DNA of 64,000 nt from Geosiphon pyriformis uo1. Its lineage: Eukaryota; Fungi; Glomeromycota. The stretch is taken from assembly GCA_016748015.1 (NCBI GenBank), contig JAAOMT010000638.1:62001-126000 (forward strand), read 5' to 3'. This document shows positions 1-11,645 of the stretch, in pieces. Below the pieces are notes generated by a model. The model saw nothing but the letters and a program-made list of their open reading frames with translations, was not told where the DNA came from and ran no database searches. The first letter of the stretch is position 1. Every line of letters begins with the position of its first letter. The translations under genes were made by a program, and so were the position numbers.

Positions 1-539
1 ATGGATTGCATACGAGTCCTGAAGCCGGGTGGATATCTTGTGTTTGTCGAACAATACAATGGGGCTAGAGGACGGCAACGGGAATATGGTGTATTAGCGA
101 AGACATGTGAGTCAATCTTGATGGTCTTTTTAATTGTCAGTGTATGAAGATTGACATAATTTTTATTTGCTCTTTAAAGCTGCACATTTATCTTCGAAAA
201 AGATAAAACCATTCATATGCACGTGTACAAATCTACGCCATCTCCGGTTTATCGAATTCAAAGAAAAGAATCAAGATATTCCCCAAAATTTCAGGCTTTC
301 AACTATCGAGCCATTCTCTAAGAAAAGCACTGAAAAGAAAAAAGAGCAAAAAATGGTACGCACTTATAATTTCGTTTGTTTGTTTGTTTGTTTGATATTC
401 ATTAAGTTCTAACCAAATATTTGTTTATCATAAATTCCAGTATAAAAAATTTGTGAAGACTCTAAAATGGGCTACCCTCCTATCCAAAAAATCAAAAATT
501 GAAGATTTGAATTTTTCTATACCTTTTATGGCTGATTAA
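1..539 (+). CDS. 3' part of a class I SAM-dependent methyltransferase (family member 1; 5' end outside window); exons <1-106, 180-355, 441-539
   Basis: Frame 1 reads MDCIRVLKPGGYLVFVE (RVLKPGG motif). GT-AG introns at 107-179 (phase 1) and 356-440 (phase 0) have the same phases as the last two introns of the downstream paralogs. Ends ...SIPFMAD* at 539. Confidence 0.7.
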
Positions 540-2066
540 AATTAAAATGAAACCAATGAACAATGTCTTTTTGATTGATTTTTCTTGCCTAAAATGAATA
601 GATTTCAGAAAAATAGATGACAAAACAAAAATAAGTAATTGGCTTCAAACAAGAATTTGAAAATACATGGGAACAAATGAAATATTTTAGTCAACATTAT
701 CCAAGGTTTGGAGTTTGACTATCGCTTTCATAAAAATAATTGATTTTTAACGTAAACAAATAAAAGCTTTGATTAATCCCAATATAATAGCCATTAAACT
801 TTAATTCAAATAGATGAAATTTTTTAAACAAAATTGTTAATTTTCTTATCGCCAATTTACTCTTCCAAAAATTTAAAGGTAGTTTATTATGTATATAGCC
901 TCAGGAGATAGAATTGACTCTAGACTACTTATACACAAAGGGCCTGCAACCTATTTTATTGTGACAATTCTTTTTACTAATTAGGCGAAAAAAGCCAAAG
1001 TGATAATAAGTACCTATATTTAAAGTACTAAAAATTAATGTGTTAAAACCAATTAATTGTTATATATATTTAAGAATCAATTTATATATTGTCTAAAATT
1101 TATTCAAATATATTCAGAGAATTTGTAACATGCTTTAAATAGTTGCCTACTCTTAGCTTGTAATTTTCTATATATTTTATAAAAGTTACAAAACTCTAAA
1201 AATTATTATTATTATTATTATTATTTCATTTATAATTTCCGATTAAAGTTAATACTTAATTCTGAGTTAAAATTTTGAGATTTAAAGATAAATTTATTTC
1301 GAAAATCACAAACTTTAATTGAATATTTCAATTTGGACAATTTAAAACAAAATTCACATCAAAATTTCTTAATCAAAAATAATAATTTTAATTTTGAACA
1401 TTTTAGTCTTAATAAAATTTTTTTCACAAATTCTAATATCATTTTAAATCATAGCAATGTTAAACAACAAATAAATAACTTTTGACAAAATATTAATTTG
1501 ATATTTAAATTTTATTAAGCAATTAAATTAAATTTTTAAATTCAAATAATCTTTTATTTATATAGATTTATTTGAGTAATAGTATTTGTGTAAAATATTA
1601 ATATTTATTAACTTTTAAATTTGTATATGTGTTGACCTTAAATTTTATTTACTTATTAAACTATAAAAATTTTCATTAGTATTTAGGATTTGAACTCTAA
1701 TTTTCTATTTTATATTGAAAGTGGCAACAAGAGAGTGAAAAATCTGTTTAGTATTTTTATTTACATCAGCCTTTAATGGAATTTTACATAACTAAATGTG
1801 GATATGAATTCCCAATAGAAGATCTTTAATGAGATATGAATATAATTAATTTCATTAAGCTTGTTGTTATTTTTAATATGCACTACTAATTAATCTGGTT
1901 TTCAGAAGTGAAATAGCTAAAATATTTATTACTCTCTAAATTTACCACAGCTAAAAGCTTTCAAAAGCATTACTCTTTCAGCCCTCAAAACTTCAAAGGA
2001 AAGATCTTATCATCTTATTGTCATTTTTATTTTCGTAACTACTTATTCCCATTTTATCCACACACT

Positions 2067-2631
2067 ATGGAAAACCTTGAAATTGAAAGAACTCCTCCGG
2101 AAGCTCATGATTGCAATGAGTGTTCTTTCCGTCAAGAGAGCATTCGAGATGAATTGGATAAATTTGGCGCATGCAAATTCTTGTTTTTTGAAAAACTTTG
2201 TTCAAGTGGTAATAAAATATTTGATGAATAATTAAGATTCCAATCTATATTTAACCTAATTACATTAAGAATGGTGAATTTCATTATTTTTCTTGGATTT
2301 CATGGGGAATTAGCAAACCTCCCTTTCATGATCTTCCTCATGACCACCTTTTTGTGAATGAAATTTTAAAGGGCCATAGACCTGAAGTTACCCCACCTTG
2401 TATTGCTGAAATAATTGAAAAATGGTGGGACGCCAATCTATTCAATCGTTCTACTGCTCAAGAATTGAAGAGAGACTATGTCAATTTATTGATCTATCGT
2501 GACGAGTCTATAATTGAGAGGTTACAGTTTTTAGAATCGGAAAACTTAACCATGAAACTGCGGAAAGCGGCGTCACAACAAAAACTTTACTAATATTAAT
2601 TCATCCGAACGCAATTTATACAAGCTGTTAA
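2067..2631 (+). pseudogene. Internally deleted protein kinase (TKL-like, Glomeromycota-expanded type) pseudogene
   Basis: N-terminal MENLE...CSSGNKIFDE* resembles the 'WTSGNxxID' motif. It is followed almost directly by subdomain X-XI remnants (LPFHDLPHDHLFVNEILKGHRPEVTPPCIAEIIEKWWDANLFNRSTAQEL) and the C-terminal IHPNAIYTS motif in another frame. The catalytic core (VAIK/HRD/DFG) is absent. Confidence 0.7.
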
Positions 2632-4518
2632 TTCTATTATTAAATTATTATAAAGTAAAATTTCTCTTAATTTACTTTTTAAAAGAATTTAATAAAAATT
2701 TTATACTTTTAAAATTTTTGAAAATTGAAATTAACAATACAAAAATTCATTGATTAGGATGAAATTCTTTTTATTTAGCTATTTATGTGTCAAACAAAAA
2801 ATACTGTATATTATGTTAGAATTTTTCATGTAAATATATTTACATAAGATAAAAGTAATTATCTATCTTTATTTAATTTAAAAATATAAATTGCTATTTT
2901 TACATAACTATATTTTTTTATCATTTTAAATTTGACTATTATTATTATTTTATTGAAAAGATACGCATTGTAATTTTTTATTTACTAAAATTTTTATAAA
3001 CATAAGTAGGAAAAAATTAATTATATTTAAACTTATTTTCTTGAACAAGAACTTTTAAATAATAGTAATAATAAAATTATATTTACATTAATTTTTTTAA
3101 GTAACAATTGTTTTTTAAAAAAATATAGATGTTTCAAATTTTGTTTAATTGATAATTGTTTTTATATCTACAAAATATAATAATTAAAATTATTATTGTA
3201 ATTTATCAAAACAAAATTTTAATAAAATTTTTGTTAAATAATGAAAATTAAATTCAAAGAAACTTCTCAACCATTTTTTTATTAGCTTTAAAAAAATTTT
3301 AGCTATTATTATTGTCACTGTTGTTATTTTGTTTTGCAATTTTTAATTAATTTGAAAATTGCTAAGTTATTATTAATACATACTTGACAATTTTTTTAAT
3401 TGTTAATTATATTTTTATGATATAAAATAATTTAAATTACAAAAATAAAAAAAGCTGGCAAAGAATTTGATAGATAAATTTTAATTTTTTACTGTATTTT
3501 TGCGACATTGAACTATAGGTGATAATAACAATGATTTCATAAGATGATAAAAATAAGTAGCAATAGAATATTTACTTTTTTAATGTGTTATATAAAGAAA
3601 TTTTTTGAAAATAAACCAATAAATTAAAATCTTTTAAATCTTCTAATACAACATTAAAAGCAATTATTCTATTTTGTTTTGCATGCAATTTTTATTTTTT
3701 TTTACGAATAAAAACAAAGTTATACTATTATACTTAGGTTTAAATGAATTTTGTACAAAGAACACATATCTAGCTGTCACACTTTATTATATTTCAAAAT
3801 TTATTAAAAATGATTCAAGAATTGTAAAAACAAAAATCAGAATTTGAAGTTATCAAAAGCAATAAAAATTCGAATATATATTAAATGATATTTATTGGAA
3901 ATTTTGGCTAAAAAACAATGTACTTTATATTAAAAGAAAAACTAATAGAAAAATATAGATTGAATATTCTGGAAAATAGCATAATTTAGTGAAAAATTTT
4001 TGAAAAACGAATGCGATTAACATTTCATGGGCGTTTGAAAATTAATTTTCAAGGCATTTTTTAAGTAACAACCTAAGCTATAAAAAATGAAATCATGTTT
4101 TAATGTGGTTTTAGATTTCATTTAAAATATGCTATTATGATCATGAAGTAGGCAAAAAAGCTTACTTTAACTAGTTTTGATTAAAAGTCTATTTTTGTGC
4201 TTCTGAAAGACTCAGTTATTTAAGGAAATAATGCATACAATGTCAATTTAATAATATCCAAAGTTTCTTTTGCCTCAATAAGTAACACTGCTAAGTTCTC
4301 GCATTCCGATCTGGGTGATGCTCGTATGATTGGATAAACTTGTACAAATTATTATGTGCCAAGAACTGGTGGTGGAATGATCAAAAAAAGGGAGCTTTAG
4401 GCAACTCTAAACAAGAATAGGTAAATAATTGGTATACATACGAAATTTTCACTTTTTAACATATTATATAAAAAAATGTTATTCTTTTATTTTGAGCCAA
4501 CGTTAAAAAACTACGAAC

Positions 4519-5705
4519 ATGGGTAATTGTTGTTCAATTTGTCGCAACAGAGAAAATAATATATTGCGTTTTCGCACAATTTATGGTCGTCGTTTCCATA
4601 ACATTGAAAGTTCTGAATATATTGTACTTATTTTGAATTTATCTATAATTTCGGCTTATGATATTTTCTCCAATTAACCATTCAAAATTTTTCAGGGACC
4701 AAATGATGAAGCTGAAGTTATACGGTTGGATAAAAGTAATGTCTTTTACAAGCATTTCTGTAAGGGAAATTTCAATTCACCAATTGAGGAACGGCTGCTT
4801 AATCAATCATTAACCGTTTTAGATATTGGGTATGCTGTCACAGTATTGATTATTTCATTCATGCTACTTTATTAATCTTAAAAACTGACATTCATGGCAG
4901 ATGTGGTACTGGAGGCTGGATCCTTGATATGGCCAAAAACTATCCAAACTCAAAATTTATCGGCATCGATATGTCTCCTGTTTTTCCAAAAGAAAATCTA
5001 CCTGAAAATGTGGAATTTCTAGAGTGCAATGTGTTAGATGGTTTGCCTTTTGAAGACGATACATTCGATTTGGTTCATGAACGCTTAGTTGGCATGGCGT
5101 TAACAAATTCACAATGGAAAATTGTAATTGAAAATGAGCTTAGATTGATAAAATTGGATGGGTGGATTGAGATCGAAGATATTTATCCTATCATAGAAAC
5201 AACAAGTGATGTCACAAGACAAATTTATACTGGAGGCAAGTTGAGAACACTTTCTCCTCACTCATTTTTTTTCTTTAAGTATTCTCGCTTTATCTAAAAA
5301 ATTGTTTCTCCATTTAGTTAGGAAATTCCTAAATTCGAGAGGCTTGAGTACTAGTGCCCCGGATGATCTTAAAATGTTATGGAGTGAAACGGGGAAATTT
5401 CCCAATATTCAATGCGATAAAATCCTAATTCCACTTGGAGATCGCGCAGGGATTTGGGGAAAACTGGCAAGTAACCGTCATTCTAATAGAATTGATATTT
5501 AATTCTAAAACCTTAATCTATAAAAACTTTTTAGGCTCTTGAATTTTCAACCTTTGGACTAAGGGCAACTTCCCCATTTATTGCACCTCTGCTGAACATA
5601 ACCGTCGAACATTATGATGCTCTCGTTGAAACAATGGAAATTGAAGCCAATAAATGTAATACCCATTACTACTTACATCGAATATACGGTCAAAGAAAAT
5701 TATAG
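4519..5705 (+). CDS. Class I SAM-dependent methyltransferase (LaeA-like), ~297 aa, N-terminal MGNCCS; exons 4519-4623, 4696-4829, 4901-5235, 5318-5466, 5535-5705
   Basis: Spliced ORF gives GRRFHN...Y|GPNDEAE, VLDIG|CGTGGW (motif I), FIGIDMS, GLPFEDDTFDLVHER, LIKLDGWIEIED. The last two introns need GC donors (gcaagt at 5236 and 5467), and the resulting 149- and 171-nt exons match the paralogs exactly. Confidence 0.9.
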
Positions 5706-6952
5706 GAATCTTAAAGTATGTTATATAATCACCATTTATATTTTCATCAAGGGGATTCATTTAGAATTAGTTGCAAACTTTGCCGTAAAATTCATTGCAG
5801 TGAAGCTCAAAGAATACCCTAAAAATAAAAATATACAATAGTATAAAAACTTTAAGATATTAAAAATCTAACCAACTTATATGTGTTTTCTATTTTAAGT
5901 TAAAGGATTGTTTAAAAAATAATTTTATAATAATAATAATTGACAATATATTGTTATCAGACCTCCAATGTAATTTCAATTCTATTAAAGTCTCCAAGAT
6001 TAAAACTCAACTAAAAATTATGATAAATAATTCACAAATTAAATTTTTATTAAAAAATTTATTCTTTAATCCAATAATTTTGAAAAGAATTTGGCTAAAA
6101 TTCTTATTAACTGAATTGAAAAATCTTTTAACAATGAGCATAGATTCCAATTAAAATTTGTACCACTTCTGGAAATTTTAATGAGGAACCCTTAATAATA
6201 TTATATCTGCTGTTTTTTAAAAAGGTCAAGCAGAAAAACACCAGATATTATAAAATCCACGAGTTGAAACGTATAATAAGTACTCTTACAAAAGCTGTAA
6301 CTATAATTTATTTTAAATGTTACTTTTTGCAAAAAAGCCGATATAATAAAATATCTACTAAATTTTGTAAATATAACATTTCTTAATCATTTTCAACCTT
6401 AACTTATAAAAGTTAATACTACTTAATAATAAAAATTTTGCCTAGTTTTGAACAAAAATTTAGTCTACGAATCAACCATTGAATTTAAGATTAGTTTTTA
6501 TGTAACAAGTGCTTGGCTAGTACTGTAAAAAAGGATATGGTTTTTAGGTTAAAGTTGAAGTTTCAGATCAGATTTGATCGATTAAAAAATTTTCATTCTT
6601 CTGTTCCATTAATTTAAATTTTAGTTTGAGTTCATATTGTAAAACTTTTGGTGTTTTATGAACCTAAATAGGCACTTGAGTATCACTAATTTTCAAGGAT
6701 TAATATTTTTTTCTTCTATAAAAAAAAATTTTTAGTGTACTTTGAATTAAAGCTTATTAATTCCAGTTTAAAAAATAGCCAAGGTTTTTTCTTGAATTTT
6801 TTGCTTTCGATTGGATCACATTATTGCTAAGAAAAACTTAATTTTTCAAGAAATTATTGCATCTTAATACCTATAATCAATTCCTTATTTCAGCAAAAAG
6901 AAACTAAAACGTATTGTTGATATTTAGCAGCTCCAAGGCGTAAAGCAATTGA

Positions 6953-8058
6953 CTAGGGATTCTTACAACAACAAAATTTATATTGTAGCCAATTTGGATC
7001 ATTAATTTCTGCTTCTTTGAGCATCTGATCAAGGAGTTCACAAACATCGTCAAGAGAAATTCCCATATGTTCAGAGAGCAGTGCTCTCAATGATTGAATG
7101 CCTCTAATGATAAATTCCAAGCTCTAGATTGATTAAGAAAGAGTTCACGTATTAAGGCAGCATTTAAAAATATTTCACAAAATAATAAAGCATACACGCA
7201 CCATTTTGCCCCATTCACCCCCAGAGAAGCCTAAAGGTACTTTCAATTGAGTTTGCTGAATCACCGAAAAGTTATTAGTGCTTTCTAGAATTCGTGGTAA
7301 ATCTTTTCCTATTTGTGGATTGATATGTCTAAGTTTCAGCAATTCCAGCCCTAAGCAAATTATCAAAAGAAATTTAAAGTTTGAAATTATTAAATAAAAA
7401 ATGGAAAAATAGTCTAACTCTTACATGCTGTGAAAATTTTTGTAGTTGCAACGCCCTTAACTTCATAGAGGGCATCACATTCGAAGAATTCAATCCAACC
7501 ACCTGGTTTAGTGACCCTCGAAAGCTCTTGAACAGCTTGCGTTTCCCATTGCACTTGAGTGAATGCGGCAGTCAAAAATCTTTGATGTACAAAGTCGAAA
7601 GTAGAATCTTGAAATGGAAGACCATCTAGAAGATTAGATTCGAAAAATTTTACATTCTCTGGCACATTTTCCGTTTCAAAGAAAGGGCTTATATCAACAC
7701 CAGTAAAGTTTGATTCTGGATATTGCCTAGCCATTTCAATGAGCCAAGTTCCAGGGCCACATCTAAAGAAAAAGAGTGATTAATTCTTGAGGAAAATTTA
7801 ATTATTTAAGATCGTCGTCACCTACCCAACATCTAAAACTTTACATCCAGCTTTCAAATTATTTTTCACGGGTGAATGAAAACTCTCTTTCCATAGATGC
7901 TTGACGACGATATCATGTTGTCGCAGCCTTTCAGCTTCTATTTCGTCAGCTGTTCCAGGATATTTAGAATTTTTAAGAGTATGATATCGTCTTCCGTCCA
8001 CAATATGAAATCGTCCTATTTTATTTTCGAAAAAACGACTTGCACAGCATCCACCCAT
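6953..8058 (-). CDS. Class I SAM-dependent methyltransferase (LaeA-like), ~296 aa, N-terminal MGGCCAS; exons 8058-7826, 7762-7425, 7350-7202, 7123-6953
   Basis: DGRRYH, VLDVG|CGPGTW, FTGVDIS, GLPFQDSTFDFVHQRFL, RVTKPGGWIEFFE. Canonical GT-AG introns. Ends YKFCCCKNP*. Confidence 0.92.
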
Positions 8059-8667
8059 CTTCTTGAATAGCAGACAGAACTAAAAGGGATGAATTTAAAA
8101 ACTGGATCAATCTCAAATCAAGGGAAAAATTATGAGGTTTGTGAATTCAGAAAATAAAGTTTTACTTCATAGTTATCATCCGTACCACTGAACACTAGTT
8201 TTCTTTTACCGTAGAGTGGTAGAGCTGAACTCCTCTTCCACGTTTTATAGGTACATGATTATCAAATGCTACACTAAACAAATGTCTCGCTTTTGTGAAA
8301 CTTTTAATTAAGTGCCCGTACGATCTAAATTCATAAATTATTCAACCTAATATTTTCGAGAAACTGAAAAGTCATTTATAATTTTTTATAAATATAATAA
8401 ATATTGGACAATACTATTGAAGTATTCAAACTATTTGTGCATTACCTTGTCATTTTTCTTATATTGGGGGGGGGGGGGGGGGGAAGTTTCAACCTTTCAG
8501 GAAATCCTATCATTTTCAAAACTGGTGCTTGAAACGAAACATGTGCTAAATTTCTCGCAGTATTACCGAAATAGTCTAACCAAATGCATATGGTGCAAAC
8601 CATTTATAGTCATCAAACAATTTATATAATTTTAAATTGTATCTAGTCTTCCAATTTTAATAATATT

Positions 8668-8732
8668 AAAAAACTAAACCGTAAATATGTTAGATTAAGT
8701 TCTTCTCTTTCACATTTACGGTTTAATTTTTT
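8668..8732. repeat. Inverted repeat with 22-bp arms (20/22 match) and a 21-nt spacer
   Basis: aaaaaactaaaccgtaaatatg (8668-8689) versus cacatttacggtttaatttttt (8711-8732). Confidence 0.7.
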
Positions 8733-8929
8733 GAATTATATTATAATTTATAAAGTTATTAAAGTTTAAAATTAGCCACTTTTATTATTAATCTTTAATT
8801 TTCGGATGCCGATCAATCAGATTTTAGCCAATCAGCAATCACTAAAGTCACGTCACCACGTGATAAATCATCGAAGTATTATCATTTTCAGAAAGGCTTT
8901 CAATTAATATTAATCTAATCTTTAGATGG

Positions 8930-9209
8930 TCACTTTTTTATAAAGATATAATATCTCTCGGCCTGCGTGTCTTCTGCTGGTGACACGGCACCATTAACCA
9001 TGAATATTCCATTCACACCACCACCATATTCGGTTGTCATTATTGGAACAGAAACCCAGATATCAATATTGTTTACACCAGGCGTCAAAGAAATCGTAAA
9101 AGTACTATGAGCGATTGNNNNNNNNNNNNNNNNNNNNCTTGATTGAGAAAACTGAAGTTGTCTTAAAGCCCATAACCTTGAATAGCTCTTTTTTGTTAGT
9201 GTTGTACAT
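8930..9209 (-). CDS. Hypothetical protein interrupted by an assembly gap
   Basis: MYNTNKKELFKVMGFKTTSVFSIK (ATG at 9209) runs into the N gap. After the gap an open, coding-like frame IAHSTFTISLTPGVNNIDIWVSVPIMTTEYGGGVNGIF...KK* ends at 8930. True length is unknown. Confidence 0.4.
9118..9137. other. Assembly gap (20 N)
   Basis: Run of n characters. Confidence 1.
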
Positions 9210-10201
9210 TTTCTAACGAGTTCGTTTTGATGCAAAAAATGTATGAAACGTATTAGTTCAAGTAGATAAAACCCAGATTTTTTTGTAAAAGCCTAATAAA
9301 CTTCTTACTTATAAATAATATATTAAAAACACATGTATATTAACCAATAAAATTTAATTATATAAATAAAAACACGTGAAGATCGTCATTTAATTTTTCG
9401 GACTGATCTACATTTTTGATGATTATAAATGGTTTGCACCATAGCCTATCACATGTATTACTAAAAATTTAGCCGAGGTAACAATTTCACATTAATATTC
9501 TTGTACTAAATGTTCCTACGATAGATTCTAAATTAAGGTTTCAACCTTAATTTCTTTTGGAAAGTTTCAGAAAATTGAAAAGTTTTTTTGGATGTTTTGA
9601 GGAAACTATTGCAAAAGCAGAAGACCTTGAATTTATGAGGATGAAGTTTTTTTAAGCAAATAGATATGAATAAAAATATATATTTTTTTTTTAATTATTA
9701 ATTATAAAATGATCATTTTCGCTAACACAAAATATTTTTTTATATAAAAAAGATGAATTAAAAGCCCAAAAAATAACAAATTATTATAAAACAAATTCCA
9801 TGTATTTTCTTAAAAATTAATAAATAATTAAAATTAAAAATTTGTTGGAAATATGTAAAACTTCCTATTCTGTTTTAAAATATTTTAGAATTCCTTTCTG
9901 TACAAAGATTTTAACCATTATTTTGATAGTTAATAATCAAAAAAGATAGCATTAATTTGAAATCAAATGATTCTACCTGGGCACAAATAGTTTTTGAATC
10001 TATATAAGATTTTCAAACCCATTACACAATAAACCCTTTGAAATTTTTTTGTAGATTGGCACAAAAAATCCTAAATTTACTGATGTAATAAAAAATTTGT
10101 TTAATTCGCTTCGTTTATTTATCAAATATTTGTGTACGACTAAAAGTATGATTTTTTTTTTTTGGAGTGGTGGGAATGAGACTGCACATAAATATTTTAT
10201 T

Positions 10202-11645
10202 ATGAAGAGGTTAAAGACTTGGGCCATTATTTTCTTGCTGGCTTTTATCTGTCAATTCCGTATTATTTTTTTCAAATGGAAGATTGTATCGTGTCTAGAA
10301 TATTTTCAACCCAAAGTGCAATGTTCTTTGGATATTAATACCATACAACAGAAGGATTGTCTCAATTTTTCACTGTCAAAAGCCCTACACGAAAAGAGCC
10401 TACAAGTCAAAGAACAAATAACTTTTAAAAGGACGTTAAATCAGCCAAATATGCCAAAAAAAAACCCCTTTTTAAAAAAGCAGCTGTTAAATAATATCCT
10501 GCAAATAAGATTCTTAGCTCAGATGGCTTCACTCGCAAATTTACCTTATTGTTTCCCCCAAAATGAAATTGGAAGAGTTTTAGTGAAAAAAAATATTTCT
10601 GGTAATTTTCTTTTTTTCCTATAAAAATGATTATTAAAATGCTTCTGAATCCATTTTTAAATATTCTTACATATTTATAGCAGATATTGGGGAGGACATG
10701 AGAATAAAAAAAACGCTATTTGCCTATTTTAGAGCACCAATAGTTAATAGAAATGAATGCCTAGCGAGACCAATTTCTTTGGCTCCATTGGAGGGATATG
10801 GTTTGATGGTTGAAAAAATTTTTGTTGATTCTATTTGGCTTGGTGATGTGCAAAGAATGATGCCAGTCTTGGTTAAAAAGTTTCAAAGAATTGCTGAAAA
10901 ATATGCAAGACAGCAGTTTTCAATTTTATTTGTTGGGTATGGTATTGGAGGAGGTAAATAATAGCTTTATAAAAGTTAAATATTCATAGAAACAAAACTA
11001 ATAAAATTTATTTCACTTCTTTTTCTTAGCATATGCAACTTTAGCAGCATTACATTTATGGAATCTATTGCGAATAAACACCTCATCCATTAGGCATTTA
11101 AAGGGAGCTCAATTTGGCCTTATAACATTTGGTGCTCCGCGAATTGGAAATCCTGGATTTGCAAAGTTGGTTGCAAATGCATTTATTCAAAACAATGTTT
11201 ATCGAGTGACTCATTCGAATGATTGGGTATCAAGAGAATTTTTGCCAAAAGGTCTATTCCTTCATAATGAGCTGGAATATTGGCTAGGAAAACCTGACTG
11301 TGATTGTCCAAAATATTCCTCACATTTATACTGGGTACATAAGTGTGTTGAGCGAAAAGATGGTGAATTTGATGAAAGTCAGGTAAGAATGGAACAATTT
11401 TCATTTGTTCAAGATACATAAAAAAATTTTCTTGTTATTCTGCTACTAAGTATGACTTTTTGAATCCGTTTTGGCTAAAACTTTTTCTGTGATTATTATA
11501 TTTTTACTTTTCCTTTTAGGAGTGTAACCTTGGTACAATAGATTCATCACTTCAAAGTAATGCTCTTCCGATTTTGGGCCCTTATTTTGGTATCAATTTC
11601 GGAAATTGCACTAATACAAAGTCAGATTTTTTAAGATTTCAGTAG
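10202..11645 (+). CDS. Class 3 (Lipase_3, alpha/beta-hydrolase) lipase-like protein, predicted catalytically inactive, ~383 aa; exons 10202-10601, 10681-10953, 11030-11382, 11520-11645
   Basis: Hydrophobic N-terminus (WAIIFLLAFIC), LANLPYC, FVGYGIGG|AYATLAAL (nucleophile elbow), ITFGAPRIGNPGFA, YRVTHSNDWV, HNELEYW, C-terminal GPYFGINFGNC. GT-AG introns keep the frame. Confidence 0.88.

Noticed and set aside
5578-6154. Short track ORFs 5578-5760, 5614-5841 and 5951-6154
   Set aside because: Off-frame or antisense to the methyltransferase last exon, or AT-rich chance ORFs.
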